Shown here: piece by piece, positions 50,250 to 63,242 of the stretch
Position numbering within the stretch: the stretch's first letter is position 1
Layout: every line of letters begins with the position of its first letter
Notes under the pieces: generated by a model
Told to the model about the DNA's origin: nothing
Databases searched by the model: none
What the model saw: only the letters and a program-made list of their open reading frames with translations
Translations under genes and position numbers: made by a program
Source: Octopus vulgaris
Taxonomy: Eukaryota
Direction: 5' to 3'
Assembly: GCA_951406725.2 (NCBI GenBank)
Contig: OX597818.1
Span: forward strand, 3,162,001 to 3,226,000
Length of the DNA stretch: 64,000 bases

Positions 50250-51310
50250 TACAGGTGCTTTTTAAGTGGCACCATCACCTTAAAGGACAAGCCTGTATGT
50301 GTGGAAGACAGTGATTTTACTTAGCTTGATGCATCTTATCAAGTACAGCAAATTGCCACACCTGCCAGTCCCTTATCATTTCCTCAGTGAAGCCCAGCAT
50401 CCAAAGATCTTTTATCACCACTTCATCCCACCTCTTCCTGGGTCTATCACTTCAGCAGGTACCCTTCACAATTAGAGCTTTGCTCTTCTTTATGCAGCTG
50501 TCCTCATCCATATACGTCACAAGACCAAACCAGCACAGTCTTCTCTCTTGCACATTACATCTGATGCCTCTTATACATAGTTTTCTTTTTAAATCCTCTA
50601 CACTCTGTTGTGCATGCACATTGAAATTACCCATCCAGCAGAGCAGGTTAGCTTCATTTATTTCAAGCCTTCACATATCCTCTGTAGTCAAAGCCCATGT
50701 TTCACTGCTATGTAACATAGCTGTATGCACACAGGCACCATACAATTTGCCTTTCACTCTGAGGGGAAGCGCTTAATTACCAACATAGGTAGATACTCTC
50801 TGAACTTTGCCCAGCCCATTCTTATCCTAGCAACAACACTTTCAGAACTTCTTCCACCACTACTAACTTGGTCACCTAGATAACAAAAGCTGTCTACTAT
50901 TTCTAATGATCTCTCTGAGCATTTGAGGGAATCTGTTGTCTGAGCATTTTTAATGTCTATTGTACCTACACATTTGTCACACACAAAAACTATATTCTTT
51001 AACCTGCTCGTGATACCACTATACCTCTTATGTGTTCAAAGCTTGCACTGAGTAAAAGGTATGAAGTTTCTATGAACACCCATATTACACATTAAACAGG
51101 ACCATCGCCCAGAAGGGGCTTATGATTTTTTCCTATGTGCTAAGACTTTGGTCTTTGCTAAATTAACTCTAAGGCCCTTAGATTCCAGACCTTGCTTCTA
51201 CACCTGAAATTTCTTCACTGGGTCAGGTAATGATTCAGCTATAAGAACAAGATCATCAGTGTAGAGGAGCTCCCAGGGGTACCAGTCTGAATTTCTCTGT
51301 TATGGCCTCA
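50250..51310 (-). mobile_element. Old RTE 3' fragment
   Basis: VDSFCYLGD, WAKFRE, QERRLCWFG remnants. Confidence 0.85.
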
Positions 51311-53668
51311 AAAAGTGGGGGCAACAGGGAACTGTATCAGATAGCCAGAAGTGAACCTAGGAGACAGGTATATCTAGCCAAGGGAAAAGCAGAAAAGAAG
51401 TTTGCCTATGTTCAGCATGGTGAGGACCAACAAACTGAAGTATTTCAGATTGTAAGAGAGTGTAAGAGAAAATTGTGATGTCATAGGAGAGAAATGTGTC
51501 TGCATAAATGATGGTGCTCTTGCTTTTAATGAGTCTGCAAAGAAAGACTCATTATGAAAGAAAATTGAATGTGGAGAATGAATGATAGGAGGAGAGTCTG
51601 CCAAATGTTGACCCAACTGAGGGACCAGCAACCCATATTGACAATACCCTGGTAGATAAAGCAATTAAGGATATGATGACAAGGAAATCCCCTGGCCCAT
51701 CAGGAATCACTGCTGAGATGCTTAAAATATCTGGCAGTGTAGGTTATGGTCTAGTCACCTGTATTGTAAATCAGGTAGTTCATGAAGGAGTCATACCCAA
51801 TGACTGGTGTAACAGCACCATAGTCAACTGCTACAAAGGCAAAGGTGATGCCGTAGATAAAAATAATTACAGAGGTATCAAATTATTGGATCAGGTGATG
51901 AAAGTTGCGGAGAGAGAATAGCCCAACTAATCAAGGTGAGAGTTAGTCTAGATGAGATGCAGTTTGGTTCTGTGCCAGGGAAAAGCACGACCGATGCTAT
52001 ATTTCTGGTAAAGCAACTGCAGGAGAAATACCTAGCCAAAGATAAACCTCTGTACTTGACTTTTGTTGACTTGGAGAAAGCTTTTGACAGAGTCCTTCAT
52101 TCCTTTATCTGGTGGTCAATGCAGAAACTAGGGATAGATGAATGGTTAGTGAGAGCTGTACAAGCCTTGTACAGGGATGCTACCTTTTAGGTGAGGGTGG
52201 GCAATAAGTACAGTGAAAAATTCAGGGTACAAGTAGAGATTCACCAAGGATCGGTGCTCAACCCATACTTGTTCATCATAGACCTCCAGGCAATAACAGA
52301 GGAATTCAAGACAGGATGCCCCTGGGAGGTCCTCAATGCTGATGACTTTGCTCTTATAGTTGAATCACTACCTGAACTAGAGAAGAAGTTCCAGGTATGG
52401 AAACAATGTCTAGAATCAAAGATCCTTAGAGTTAATCTAGCAAAAACCGAAGTCATAGTAAGTAGGAAGGCAGACAAATCCCAAATCCCCTCTGGTAGAT
52501 GGCCCTGCTCAATCTGTAGAAAAGGTGTAGGTAGAAACTCCATAAGATGCACTCTGTGTAAGCTTTGGACACACAAATGGTGCAGTAACATCAAAGGAGA
52601 TTTAACAGAGAAACTAACTTATGTGCACAGACATAATAAATGCTGAACATGTGCAGGAAATAGACTCCATGAACAGCCAGTGGGGCAAGCTAGAGGCAGT
52701 AGATAGATTTTGGGTTCTAGGTGATCAGGTTAGTAGTGGAGGTGGATGCTCTGAGAGCATAGCTGTGAGAATAAAATTAGTTTGGACAAAGTTCAGAGAG
52801 CTCCCACCCTGACTGGCTACAAAGGGCCTCTCTCTGACAGTGAAAGGCAGATTGTTTGATGCCCATGTGCGAAGAGATATACTGCATGACAGTGAAACAT
52901 GGGCTAAAACAGCTGAGGACATGTGTAGGCTTGAGAGAAATGAAGTCAGTATGCTTCGCTGGATGTGCATGTTTGACAGAGTGTAAGCATCTTGAGAGAA
53001 AAGTTAGGCATAAGAGGAATCAGATGTGGTGTGCAAGAGAGATGACTGCATTGGTATGGTCATGTGATGCAATGGATGAGGACAACTGTGTAAAGAAGTG
53101 CTGATCTCTAACTGTGGTAGAGGTAGACCCAGGAAGACATGGGACAAGGTGGTGAAGCATGATCTTTGAACTTTGAACCTCACAGAGGCAATGATTAGTG
53201 ACCAAGACCTTTGGTGATGTGCTCTGCTTAGGAGGACCCATTAAGTCAAGTGCACCCATGCTGGTGGGACATAAAATATCAACTTTTGAATGTTGGGCCT
53301 CACATAGGCAAAGTGGCTGAGTTCCTTTCGAGTGTTGGGCTTCATGGAGGCAAAGTGACAGAGTTCCTTTTGAGTGTTAGGCCTCACGGAGGCAATGACC
53401 AAGACCTTTGGTATTATGTCATGCTGGAGAAGAAGACCCATCAAACTGAGCAAAATCACAGTCGTGACAGATACCGGAGTCAAGCAAATGGCATCCATGC
53501 TGGTGACATGTAAAAGCACCCATTACACTCTCAGAGTGGTTGGCATTAGAAAGGACATCCAGCCATAGAAAACCATGCCAAATCAGACTGAAGTCTGGTG
53601 CAGCCTAGTCAAACTGTTCAACCCATGCCAGCATGGACAATGGACGTTAAATGATGATGATGATGATG
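51311..53668 (+). mobile_element. RTE-clade LINE, 5'-truncated
   Basis: YRGIKLL, FVDLEKAFD, NADD, PHD-like finger, (ATG)n tail. Confidence 0.92.
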
Positions 53669-53689
53669 AAGTGTGACCACCAACTTGTA

Positions 53690-54208
53690 CACAAAATTCA
53701 TTGCTGTACTCATTGGAGACTTTACCTTATTGGCAGCAAACCTGTACATGGCTTGTACCTCTCTCACTAATCACTCATCTATCCCTAGCTTCTGCATTGA
53801 CCACTAGATAATGGAGTGGGAGACCCTATCAAAGGCTTGCTCCATATCATCAAAAGATAGGTACAGGGATTTCTTTTTGGCTAAATATTTCTCCTGCAGT
53901 TGTCTAACCAGGAATATAGCACCAGTTGTGCTCCTGCCAGGCACAAATCCAAACTGCATCTCATCTGCACTAACTCTTTTCCTAATTTATTGAGTTATAA
54001 CCCTTTCTGTAACTTTCATTACCTGGTCCAGCGATTTGATGCCCTTGTAATTATTTGTGTCTTAGGTATCGCCTTTGCCATTGTAGCAGTTGACTATAAT
54101 GCTGTTACACCAATTGTTGGGTATGACTCCCTCGTGGACAATCTGATTAACTATATTGGTTGCCAGGTTACTGATCCCTCAGTTGGGTCAACATTTGGCA
54201 GACTCTTT
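53690..54208 (-). mobile_element. RTE RT fragment
   Basis: Reverse-complement homology to the RT region of neighbouring copies. Confidence 0.85.
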
Positions 54209-54228
54209 ATGAATATGTGCACATTCAT

Positions 54229-54870
54229 ATCTATTATATCAAAGACAATGTCTTAATGTGTTTGTGCATTACTTATACATTTGAAAACTGCTGCACCAAT
54301 CATAATGAAATTTGGAACACAAAATCCTAGCCTAGTGAGAAGGGTAATGCTGTGTGTTTCATACAATTTCATGGACCAAAATTACTGAATGGATCCTTAT
54401 GACATTTGAAACTTAGCTTCAATGCATAAGGGCAGGTATAATGAAATACGTTAGGCTTGAATTTCAGATGGCTTAAAGGGGGCAGAACCCCCATGAAAAT
54501 TAATAAATTTTCAATGTTGAAGAAATTTCAACCATGGGTCATTGACACACATCAAGAAGTATTCTCAGTTTCCACTTCACATGAGGATTCTAAGACATCC
54601 TAATGGGGGCCTTAACTCCCAAATTTTAGTCATTTCTTTTATGATCCAAAACTAAGTCAAAAATACTGAATGGATCTTTATGAAATTTGGAAATTATATT
54701 CTATGCATAAGGGCCAAAATCCCCATGACAATTCATATATTTTTGCTGTTAATGAAATTTTAATATTAGATACAAACAAAAATTTCATCTTACAAGTTAG
54801 TAAGACACCTTCATGGGGACTTAACACCCACAATTTTGTCATTTTATCTAAGCAAAGACGAATACAGTTG
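54229..54870 (+). mobile_element. Non-autonomous Helitron-like fragment with internal duplication
   Basis: A|TCTATTATAT start; ACCAATC..TGAAATTTGG motif; 54380-54640 repeats at 54660-54850. Confidence 0.45.
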
Positions 54871-54879
54871 TACTCTTGG

Positions 54880-55984
54880 AAGCTGTAGGGTCACCCAAGC
54901 ATAGAAGATGATAGTTTCTGCTAGCTAGGTGACCAAGTTAGTAGCAGGGGTGGATGCTCAGAGAGCATTACCACTAGAATAAGAATAGCTTGGGCAAAGT
55001 TTAGGAAGCTTCTCCCCCTACTGGCGACAAAGGGTCTCTCGCTTAGAGTGAAAGGTAGATTATACGATGCATATGTGTGAACTGCCATGCTTCATGGCAG
55101 CGAAACATGGGCTGTGACTGCTGAGGACATGCGTAGGCTTGAAAGAAATGAAGCTAGCATGATCCGCTGTATGTGTAATGTCAGTGTCCTTGCACGATAG
55201 AGTGTAAGTATCCTGAGAGAAATGTTGGGCATAAGAAGCATTGGATGCAGCATGCAGGAGAGACGATTGCGTTGGTATGGTCATGTACTACGGATGGATG
55301 AGAGATGTGTGAAGAAGTGCCACTCCCAAACTGTTGAATCCGGGGTAGAGGTAGACCCAGGAAGACATGGGACGAGGTGGTCAAGCATGACCTTCGTACT
55401 TTGAGCCTCACAGAGGCTATGACGAAAGACCGAGACCTCTGGAGATATGCTGTGACTGTGAAGACCCGACAAATGAAGTGAGTTCATGGCTCGCAGGACG
55501 CCCTGCTGTGCTAACCTTGGATCGTAGAGTGACCCGCTGTTCTTGAGGATTCGAAGACCCAACAAATGAAGCGAGTTCATGATCATAGAGTGACCCACTG
55601 TTCTTGAGGAGACCTGTTGAGTCAAGTACGTCAACATCAAAATAAAAATTCAAATGGAAATTGTAGTTAAGACACCCGTGCTGGTGACATGTAAAGAGCA
55701 CCGTCCGAACGTGGCAGATACTAGTGTTGCCTGACTGGCATCCGTGTTGGTGACACATAAAAGCACCAACCAATCGTGGCCGTTTGCCAGCCTGCACTGG
55801 CCCCTGTGCCGGTGGCACGTAAAAACACCCACTACACTTGCCGAGTGGTAGGAAAGGCATCCAGCTGTAGAAACACTGCCAAATCAGACTAGAGCCTGGT
55901 GCAGCCTCCATGGCTTACCAGACCCCGGTCGAACCGTCCAACCTATGCTGGCATGGAAAACTGACGTTAAATGATGATGATGAT
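54880..55984 (+). mobile_element. RTE 3' fragment
   Basis: MLHGSETW, QERRLRWYGHV, 3' UTR units, (ATG)n tail. Confidence 0.9.
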
Positions 55985-55989
55985 ATATG

Positions 55990-56533
55990 CATAAAAATAT
56001 CATGTACATTAGAACACATTAAGAGGCTTCCAAATAGGAAAACCTTGTGCTAGAAAGAGCAGTAGAAAACTCAAACCACTAATTATGGATAAATTCTCAA
56101 AAGGATTGAAAATTGAAAACGTTTAGCATCTAATTTAGTTCCTAGACCATGGTTTCTAACTCATTCCAGTAAAAAAATTATCCTAATTTTTCAAAACAAC
56201 CGCGTCGATGCAGTTTATTTCTGGCGACAGAGAGGATGCCGGTAAAAATTTTGAACAAATCTATCAAAAAATATTTAAACATAAATAATATTAGGGTAAT
56301 AAGAATTATCGAAATTATTATTACCAGTGGCCTAGCACAAAAAAATAGTTAATAGACTATATATTATTCACATAAAAATATTGTGGACATTAGAACACAT
56401 TAAGAGGCTTCCAAATAGGAAAGCCTTGTGCTAGAAAGAGCAGTAGAAAACTCAAACCACTAATTATGGATAAATTCTCGAAAGGATTGAAAATTAAAAA
56501 TGTTTACCATCTAATTTAGTTCCTTGACCATGG
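55990..56533. repeat. ~160-bp direct repeat (partial tandem, PLE pseudo-LTR-like)
   Basis: 55990-56152 matches 56370-56533 (ACATTAGAACACATTAAGAGGCTTCCAAATAGG...GACCATGG). Confidence 0.85.
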
Positions 56534-56659
56534 CCACATTATTATGTGAATAATATATTGTCTATTGACTATTTTTTTGGTAATAATAATTTCTATAATT
56601 TTTATTACCCTAATATTATTTATTATATATATATATTTTATATATGTGTGTATATATAT

Positions 56660-57256
56660 CTCTTTGCCTATGTAAAAAAGTGTGTTACTGTCTGGGAGAT
56701 TTTTACGGTAGGAGAAAAGGAATTTTTAACTCCTATTTCTAAATTTGGTATGCGGTGAAGCAATTAGCTTCACCTAATTATAGATTTTACCTATGAAGGC
56801 TATTTTAATGTACCAATCTACTTGGTTAAATTATTAATTAATTGATTGATTAATTAATTAATTAATTTTACCCTTTTATTATTCATTTTTAATTATAATT
56901 TACTCCATGATTGAATACTACAGTTTTCTGCGGTACTGCTCGTAACATACACGTGGGTACAAGGGATAAATATGTATTCATATTCGGCTGTGTAAATTTT
57001 GGAAGTGTTGGTCGGATATCTGTTGCACAATATTGCTTGATCGTGTGTGTATTTAACCCTAGCACTTTCAAATTTTATAATGGAAATGCTACACTGATGA
57101 CAGGAAGTAAGTAAATTAAATACTTTAAACTCAAAGCGCGTCTATAGCTAATCAAAGTCGTGTTAATTCATTATTTTTTTCTTTGCCTACGTAAAAAAAT
57201 GTGTTACTGTCTGGGAGATTCTTATAGTAGTAGAAAAGGAATTTTTAACTCCAGTT
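56660..57256 (+). repeat. PLE-like partial tandem repeat with decayed hammerhead
   Basis: 56660-56735 repeats at 57181-57256. GCUACA CUGAUGA...CUCAAAGCGCGUC UAUAGC at 57088-57148. Related in reverse complement to 61963-62360. Confidence 0.7.
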
Positions 57257-57387
57257 TGGAGATCTCTAAGTCGAGGCCTTGAGTCATTTTGTTAATTTCT
57301 TGGTTGATCTCTTCATTCGTCTGAGCCCTCAATTTTAGAAGTTCTATTTCCATATATATATATGTGTGTGTGTGTATATATATATAT

Positions 57388-60300
57388 CATCATCATCATC
57401 ATCGTTTAACATCCGCTTTCCATGCTAGCATGGGTTGGATGGTTCAACTGGGATCTGGGAAGCCAGAAGGCTGCACCAGGCCCAGTCTGATCTGGCAGAG
57501 TTTCTACAGCTGGATGCCCTTCCTAACGCCAACCACTCTGTGAGTGTAGTGGGTGCTTTTTACATGCCACCAGCACAGGTGCCAGACGAAGCTGGCAAAC
57601 GGCCACGATCAGATGGTGCGCTTTATGTGCCACTGGCTCGGAGGCGAGACGAGGCTGGCAACAGCTACAATCGGATGGTGCATTTTACGTGCCACCAGCA
57701 CGGAGGCCAGTCAGGGCGGCGCTGGCAACGGCCAAGTTCGGTTGGTTCTCTTACATGCCAATGGTATCACAACTACAATTTCCATTGATGTTGATCGATT
57801 TCGATTTTCACTTGCCTCAACAGGTCTTCACAAGTAGAGTTTTGTGTCCCAAGAAGGAAAGGTATGCATAAGTGGACCAGCTACATCCCAGGTAGAGGCC
57901 ACGGGTTATGGTCTCACTAGTCCCGCTGGGTCCTCTCATGCACAGCATACCTCCAAAGGTCTCGGTCTCTAGTTATTTCCTCGGTGAGACCTAAAGTTCG
58001 AAGGTTGTGCTTCACCACCTCGTCCCAGGTTTTCCTGGGTCTACCTCTTCCACAGGTTCCCTCAACCGCTAGGGTGTGGCACTTTTTCACACAACTATCT
58101 TCATCCATTCTCGCTACATCACCATACCAGCGCAAACGTCTCTCTTGCACACCACAACTGATGCTTCTTAAATCCAACTTTTCTCTCAAGGTACTTACAC
58201 TCTGTCGAGTATGAACACTGACATTACACATCCATCGGAGCATACTGGCTTCATTTCTTGTGAGCTTATGCATATCCTCAGCAGTCACGGCCCATGTTTC
58301 ACTGCCATGTAGCATGGCTGTTCATACACATGCATCATACAGTCTGCCTTTTACTCTGAGCGAGAGGCCTTTTGACACCAACAGAGGTAAGAGCTCTCTG
58401 AACTTTGCCCAGGCTATTCTTATTCTAGCGGTTACACTTTCAGCACATCCGCCCCAGCTACTGACTTGGTCACCTAGGTAACAGAAGCTATCAACTATTT
58501 CAAGTTTTTCTCCCTGGAATGTGGCGGAAGTTGGTCTCTGCGCATTTTCAGTGTTTATTGCTCCTGAGCATCTGCCACATACAAAAACTATCTTCCTAGT
58601 TAGCCTTCCTTTGACATTGCTGCACCTCTTATGTGTCCATAGCTTACACTTGGTGCATCTTATAGAGTTTCTACCTATGCCTTTTCTACAGATCGAGCAG
58701 GGCCATCTACCTGAAGGCGTTTGTGATTTGCCTGCCTTCCTACATATTAGGACTTTGGTTTTATTGAGGTTCACACTAAGGCCCTTCGATTCTAGTCCTT
58801 GTTTCTACACTTGAAACTTTGCCTCTAGTCCTGATAGTGACTCAGCAATTAGAGCAAGGTCATCAGCATATAGGAGCTCCCAGGGGCATCCTGTCTTGAA
58901 TTCCTCCATTATTGCCCGGAGGACTATGATAAATAGGAGGGGACTGAGGACTGAACCTTGGTAGACCCCTACAACTACCCTGAATTCTTCAGTGTACTCG
59001 TTGCCAACCCTCACCTTACTTACAGCGTCCCTATACATGGTTTGCACAGCTCTCACTAACCATTCATCAATCCCTAGTTTCCTCATTGACCACCAGATAA
59101 GGGATTGGGGGACCCTATCAAAGGCTTTCTCCATGTCAATGAAAGCCAGGCACAGGGGCTTATCTTTGGCTAGGTATTTCTCCTGCAGCTGTCTTACCAG
59201 AAATATGGCATCAGTGGTGCTTTTCCCTAGCATGAAACCAAACTGCATCTCATCCAAGCTGACTCTCTCCCTAATCAGTTGGGCTATGACCCTCTCCATA
59301 ACCTTCATTACCTGATCCAACAGCTTGATACCTCTGTAATTATTTGTATCTAAAGCGTCACCGTTACCTTTGTAGCAGTTGACTATTATGCTGCTACACC
59401 AGTCATTGGGTATGACTCCTTCGTGTATCACCTGGTTAACTATATGGGTGACTAGGCTATAACTGACACTACCAGATATTTTAAGTATCTCTGCAGTAAT
59501 TCCTGATGGGCCTGGGGCTTTCCCTGTCTTCATGCTTCTAATTGCCTTAACTACTAACGACCTGTCAACTCGGATAGCTGGTCCCTCTGTTGGGTCGATA
59601 TTCAGCAGACTCTTTATCCCATTCATTTTCCTTATTCAGCAGCCTTTCATAATGGTGTCTCCAAACCTCTCTCTTTTCATCCTCATTCAGTGCAAAAGAA
59701 CCATCATCCATGCGAACACATTTCTAACCTACCACGTCACGATTCTCTCTCACACACTGTCTTGCAACACGGAATACCTCAAGTCTTTCGTCCTCACGGC
59801 GCAGAACATTGGCAATTTTTTTCTTATCTGCTTCCCCTCTGGCTAAATAAACCTGCCTCCTAGCAGTTTGATACACTTCCCTGCTACCACCGTCCTTCCA
59901 AGCCTGTTTCTTTTGTCTAATAGCCCTGTCAACGTTATTTTGGGTCGGGAGGGGACTTTGCACCATCCACAGATCTGGTTGGTGGCCCTTTGTAGGTTGT
60001 CCTGTAGGAACCTCCAGTTGCCTTCTATATCATGTGAAGCTATATCCCCTTCTATTTCGTCAAAGGCTTCGAGTAATATGTCTCTAAATCTCTGTCCATT
60101 TGCAGGATCTTTAAGTCTCCAGACCCTTCTTGCTGATCGTCTTCTGGGCATCCATTTAGCCCTGATCCTGAAGTCACTAACTACTAGTCTATGTTGTGGG
60201 GTACATTCTTCGCCTGGGAAGGTTTTCGCATTTATAAGCAGCCATCTTTCCCTTTTTCTGGTGAGGATGTAGTCGATCTGACTAGTGTGTCTGCCAGAGC

Positions 60301-61250
60301 GGTAGGTGACTAGGTGGCTGGCAGGTTTCCTGAAGTTAGTATTGCAAACCATAAGATCATTTGCATCACAGAACTCCAGCAGCCTGGTTCCCTCCTCATT
60401 GCAAGAGCCAAAACCATAGCCTCCATGTATGCCATGGAAGCCCCCTGTATGTTGTCCAACATGTCCATTGAAGTCGCCAGCCACAAAGAGAAGGTCCCTG
60501 TCATTCGTCAACGCAGTAGTCTGCAAGAGGGTGTCATAGAATCAGTCTTTCTGTCCATCGGTAGCCCTGGCTGAGATAGTCGTTGCTAACCCATGATGGA
60601 GCACTAATCTAATCTTAAGTATTCTGTCGCATACTCTGACTACCTCAATTACTTTATCTACCCATTTCTCCGCAAGAAGTATACCCACACCCCCAACCCC
60701 GTCAGTGTTCCCTGCCCAGAAAATCTTGTACCTGTGTTCTTTGCCTGTAAGGAACCTAGCAGAACCTCCTCTCCACCTTACTTCTTGGATACAGCACATA
60801 TCAACACATCTCCGTTCAAGCATTTCAACAATCTCACCAGACCTACCTTTCAGTGTGCCGACGTTGAGAGTGCTAACCCTGAGGGTGTGGGAGGTATGGG
60901 CCCTAGAGACCCTGGGACAGTGGACAGTAGCTTCATGTACCTGAAAAGAAAACTCGCATTTGGCAGAATTCATAAGCAAACAATGATCTTAAGTTCAACC
61001 TGCTTATACTAAACTATCATGTTTTGCACTATATGATCACTACCTTATATAGTAGAGGTGGGGTTGGCGTAAGGCCTTTAGGTGTTCATGGGAGACAAGC
61101 AAAGGAGGACGTCATAGGGACTTCCTGTACAGGTGGAGGGGTGAGAGGGCAGGCGAACACGCGAACTGGCAAACATGGGCTAGGAATTAAGAGACAGAAA
61201 GGCCGATAGATAGAGACAGAAAGACTGATAGATAGAGACGGAAGACTGAG
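57388..61250 (-). mobile_element. RTE-clade LINE, full length, least decayed copy
   Basis: Contiguous APE (STLNVGTL, CIQEVRW, GDFNGHVG), RT (273-aa ORF, YADD), PHD-like finger, C-terminus, 3' UTR and tail; a few frameshifts and stops. Confidence 0.96.
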
Positions 61251-61695
61251 ATAACGTGTGATAAATTTTCATGAGTGAAAGAATATGTTCCAAATTAAAG
61301 AGAAGGCAGAATAGTAAGAAAATAATAAGGGCTTATGATGATAATACACGCAAAAATACAATGAAAGAAATGGCAGGTCGAAAACTTAAGAATCTTAACT
61401 GATTTCTCATCTCCTCAGGATCGTGTTTACAGCCAGGGTATCGAAGTCAAAAATAAAGGTCAAGCAGCGTGCATTGGTTTATGTAGGGAGGAGGAAGTTG
61501 TAGAGGGGGGGGAAGTAGGAAGTAGAGACGAAAGAGAGTGAGGATAGACACAGACAGAGCGGCGGTCGGTAGAGAGAGAGGCACATAGTGATAAGAGAGA
61601 GGGGGGACACGACAAGCCATGGGCTAGGAATTAAGAGACAGAAAGGCCGATAGGTAGAGATAGAAAGGCCGATAGATAGAGACAGAAAGGCCGAA
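61175..61695. repeat. Direct repeat with ~22-bp subunits near the RTE 5' end
   Basis: CATGGGCTAGGAATTAAGAGACAGAAAGGCCGATAG at ~61175 and ~61618, each followed by GATAGAGACAGAAAGG-type units. Confidence 0.8.
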
Positions 61696-61890
61696 AAATT
61701 GAACATACCCATCTGATTCAAGTAACATCAGACAAACTATATCCAACATCCAGTACCAACGAATTCAAAACATACGAATGAGGCTTTCTATTCTCCTTAA
61801 CCCACCCATGTGTGTTGTTGAGCAACAAATTCCTACAGAAAAAAAAAAACTGTAGTTTATTATCAGGGAGAGAATTATATTATCAATGAT

Positions 61891-61962
61891 AACCGTCCAA
61901 CCGTCCAACCCATGCTAGCATGGAGAACGGACGTTAAACGACGATGATGATGACGATGATGA
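61891..61962 (+). mobile_element. Isolated RTE 3' tail
   Basis: AACCGTCCAACCCATGCTAGCATGGAGAACGGACGTTAAACG followed by (ATG)n. Confidence 0.85.
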
Positions 61963-62262
61963 ATAAAGGGTAAAATTAATTAATTAATTAGTAATTAATA
62001 ATTCCACCAAGTAGTGTTCAGCATGTTAAAAGGACCATTTACGGTAAACTTAAACATTACATTTTATAATTATGAGTACAATTATAATTAGGGTTCAGCA
62101 AAAATATTTGCTTTGCCACATACCGAGCTTTTAGAAATAGCAGCCAAAGAACTTAGCTATTTCTTCCACTATAAGAAGACTCTCCCAGACAACGTATACT
62201 CAAAAACAATTCACGTAGGCATAGAGGAAAAAATAACAAAAATTCACTCGGCATTTGATTAC

Positions 62263-62343
62263 TTGTGGACGCGTTTGTGAGTTAGATCGATATGGAGATG
62301 CAAGAATTACATCTTCATTCTACCATTCTCTTCATCAGCACAA
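62263..62343 (-). ncRNA. Degenerate type I hammerhead
   Basis: UUGUG CUGAUGA ...long stem II... CAAAC GC GUC CACAA. Perfect 5-bp stem I and palindromic ACGCGU stem III, but G12 is replaced by C. Confidence 0.5.
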
Positions 62344-62360
62344 AGATTTTAAATAAGAGA

Positions 62361-62396
<36 letters not shown>

Positions 62397-62628
62397 AATG
62401 TAGGATAAAATTTTTTCGAAAAAAAAAATTTATCAATGGCCAGCATATTAAAAAATACCTTTAAAGGTTAAATTATAAACAACTTATAAATAAGGGCAAA
62501 CGAAAAAATTTTTAATGCCAAATATGCCGAAAAATTGGACATATTGTCCATTTACCATATAATGTTTTTCCTAGTACGCACGCTACTCGATAAAAAGGTC
62601 AACAGAAATCTCTAAAAAATTCCATTAT

Positions 62629-62687
62629 TACCATATCGGACCGATTTCAGGGTTAGTTCAAAAAGAACCCTCCCTTCGTCAGTGATA
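62629..62687 (-). ncRNA. Type I hammerhead ribozyme
   Basis: UAUCA CUGACGA AGGG..GUUC-UUUUU-GAAC..CCCU GAAA UCGG-U-CCGA UA UGGUA. Complete core and three stems. Confidence 0.8.
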
Positions 62688-62964
62688 CATGTGGCAAAGA
62701 AGAAAATGAGATACTTACTCATACCCATGGAAGAAGCAAACACTAAGTCACGAGCACAACTAAGTAGCCCAAATAAATCCAAAATAGAAATACTCCAGCC
62801 CATTCAAGACACGTGCGATTTGAATTGAGGCACTCACAGAGTGGGAGAGTCCGGAAGTGAACACTATTAAATTTATATCTAATGTAGAATAAAATTTTTT
62901 CGAAAAAAAATGTTATCAATGGCCAGCATATTAAAAAATACCTTTAAAGGTTAAATTAACAAAG

Positions 62965-63008
62965 GACCACTGATGCGGTCACAGGAGTGTGACGAAAGAA
63001 CTCTGGCC
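62965..63008 (+). ncRNA. Type I hammerhead candidate (A9 variant)
   Basis: GACCA CUGAUGC G GUCACA-GGAG-UGUGAC GAAAG-AA-CUC UGGCC. Confidence 0.55.
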
Positions 63009-63172
63009 GAAATAAGATTAAGATTAATGTAAAAAATAAATAACACTGAAGCAAATATATAGTGCGTGTGTTTTTATTGGCTAAACTGGCAAAATGACCA
63101 TTCCGAAATATAACAATATCTGTTTCAACACACGACTTCACATAAAAAATCTTGCACAACAAATATTTAAAC

Positions 63173-63236
<64 letters not shown>

Positions 63237-63242
<6 letters not shown>

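Noticed and set aside
58805-59626. Longest RT ORF as an active gene
   Set aside because: It is part of an RTE copy broken by frameshifts and stops; no intact ORF exists in the window. Antisense ORFs over the LINEs are shadows.
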